NCBI GenBank assembly: GCA_950097015.1
Contig: CATNEN010000038.1
Location: forward strand, 13,764,001-13,828,000
DNA length: 64,000 bases
From: Macrostomum hystrix
Taxonomy: Eukaryota; Animalia; Platyhelminthes
Reading direction: 5' to 3'
The translations under genes were made by a program, and so were the position numbers. The notes below the pieces were generated by a model that worked only from the letters and a program-made list of their open reading frames with translations, was not told the DNA's origin and made no database searches. This document shows positions 63,258-64,000 of this stretch, in pieces (position 1 is the first letter of the stretch; every line of letters begins with the position of its first letter).

Positions 63258-64000
63258 TGTTGACTTTTAAGCCTTGTTGACTCGTCGACTTATATATAAA
63301 TGCATGTGTATGGTGAAACATCGTGACAAATAAACAAAACTCGCTACTAACCCAAACCAAGCCTACGGGCAGTTTTGCCTTATATTCCTGAGCACGACTT
63401 GACAATGGCATCGCAAGCATCTGAACTAAGCCTTGAAGATCCTGACACAGCCGAAGCCTGGCTGCTAAGTTTCGCGGCCGCTGCACGGACCAAGAAACTG
63501 AAGGATTCGGAAGAGGAACACCAGATCACTGATCTATTCCTCTCGAGGGCAGGCCTCAAGGCACTGAGAACCCTGACCCTCATGGCTGCCCCAGACAGCC
63601 TGGAGACCAAAACATTCGCACAGATCCGCGACATCATCGATGCAACGATTCGGCCCAAGCGGCGCCTCACCATTGCCGAGAGGGTGAAATTCCTCTCCCT
63701 CAGGCAGGATCCGAGCGAAGGCGTCGCATCGTACTACCGCCGGCTCCGAGCAGCTGCAGCCTCGTGCAGTTTTGAGAAGCTAGGCTCGAAACAGACCTGT
63801 GAGGACGAACTCATCACCATGAGGCTCGTGGACGGTCTTGCCTCCGTGGACCACAAGCGCAGACTGCTGGAGAGGATGCAGGGCATCGACATGCTGCTGA
63901 CCGATGTGCTGCAAGAGCTTGAGCAGTTGGAGCAGATTCGCTACTACAACGCCGGCACCGGGCCCACCGTCACCACCGAGTCAAGCATCGCCTATGCAGG
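63258..64000 (+). mobile_element. 5' part of another Ty3/Gypsy element with open gag (ATG 63405, runs off the window)
   Basis: MASQASELSLEDPDTAEAWL...IAERVKFLSLRQDPSEGVASYYRRLRAAAASCSF is gag-like and has no stop to 64000; candidate short LTR TGT...ACA 63258-63404 with TATA and AATAAA. Confidence 0.75.

Overview
Eukaryotic (invertebrate animal) genomic DNA with GT-AG introns. The GC-rich, Ala/Ser/Gln-rich exons and satellite-filled introns resemble the flatworm Macrostomum, but that is an inference only. The centre holds four co-oriented conserved genes on +, whose exon chains I traced by hand in frame: FCP1/CTDP1 CTD phosphatase (13989-19641), a CDR2/CDR2L-like CC1-box dynein adaptor (20873-22770), cytoplasmic dynein intermediate chain (26043-30489) and a TGN46/KCT2-like type I membrane protein (32935-41137). 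These are bracketed by two convergent GT32 (DxD) glycosyltransferase paralogs (2838-6103 +, 46934-49590 -). A second GT32 tandem pair follows (55292-56611, 58721-60007), with near-identical catalytic halves but different N-termini. The rest is TE debris (three Ty3/Gypsy, mariner, hAT, Kolobok-like MITEs, a foldback element, RTE and other LINE ends, a Penelope-like element, two tRNA-SINE families) and about 16 different tandem arrays, many starting just after 5' splice sites. Best leads: the adaptor-dynein-cargo gene run (possible operon), intron-specific satellites sharing a core motif, N-terminal swapping in GT32, a Penelope hammerhead split by a Gypsy insertion, and an unassigned highly structured 400-nt element. 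Most long ORFs in the supplied track are translations of satellites. Coordinates were counted by eye; repeat and TE ends are approximate.
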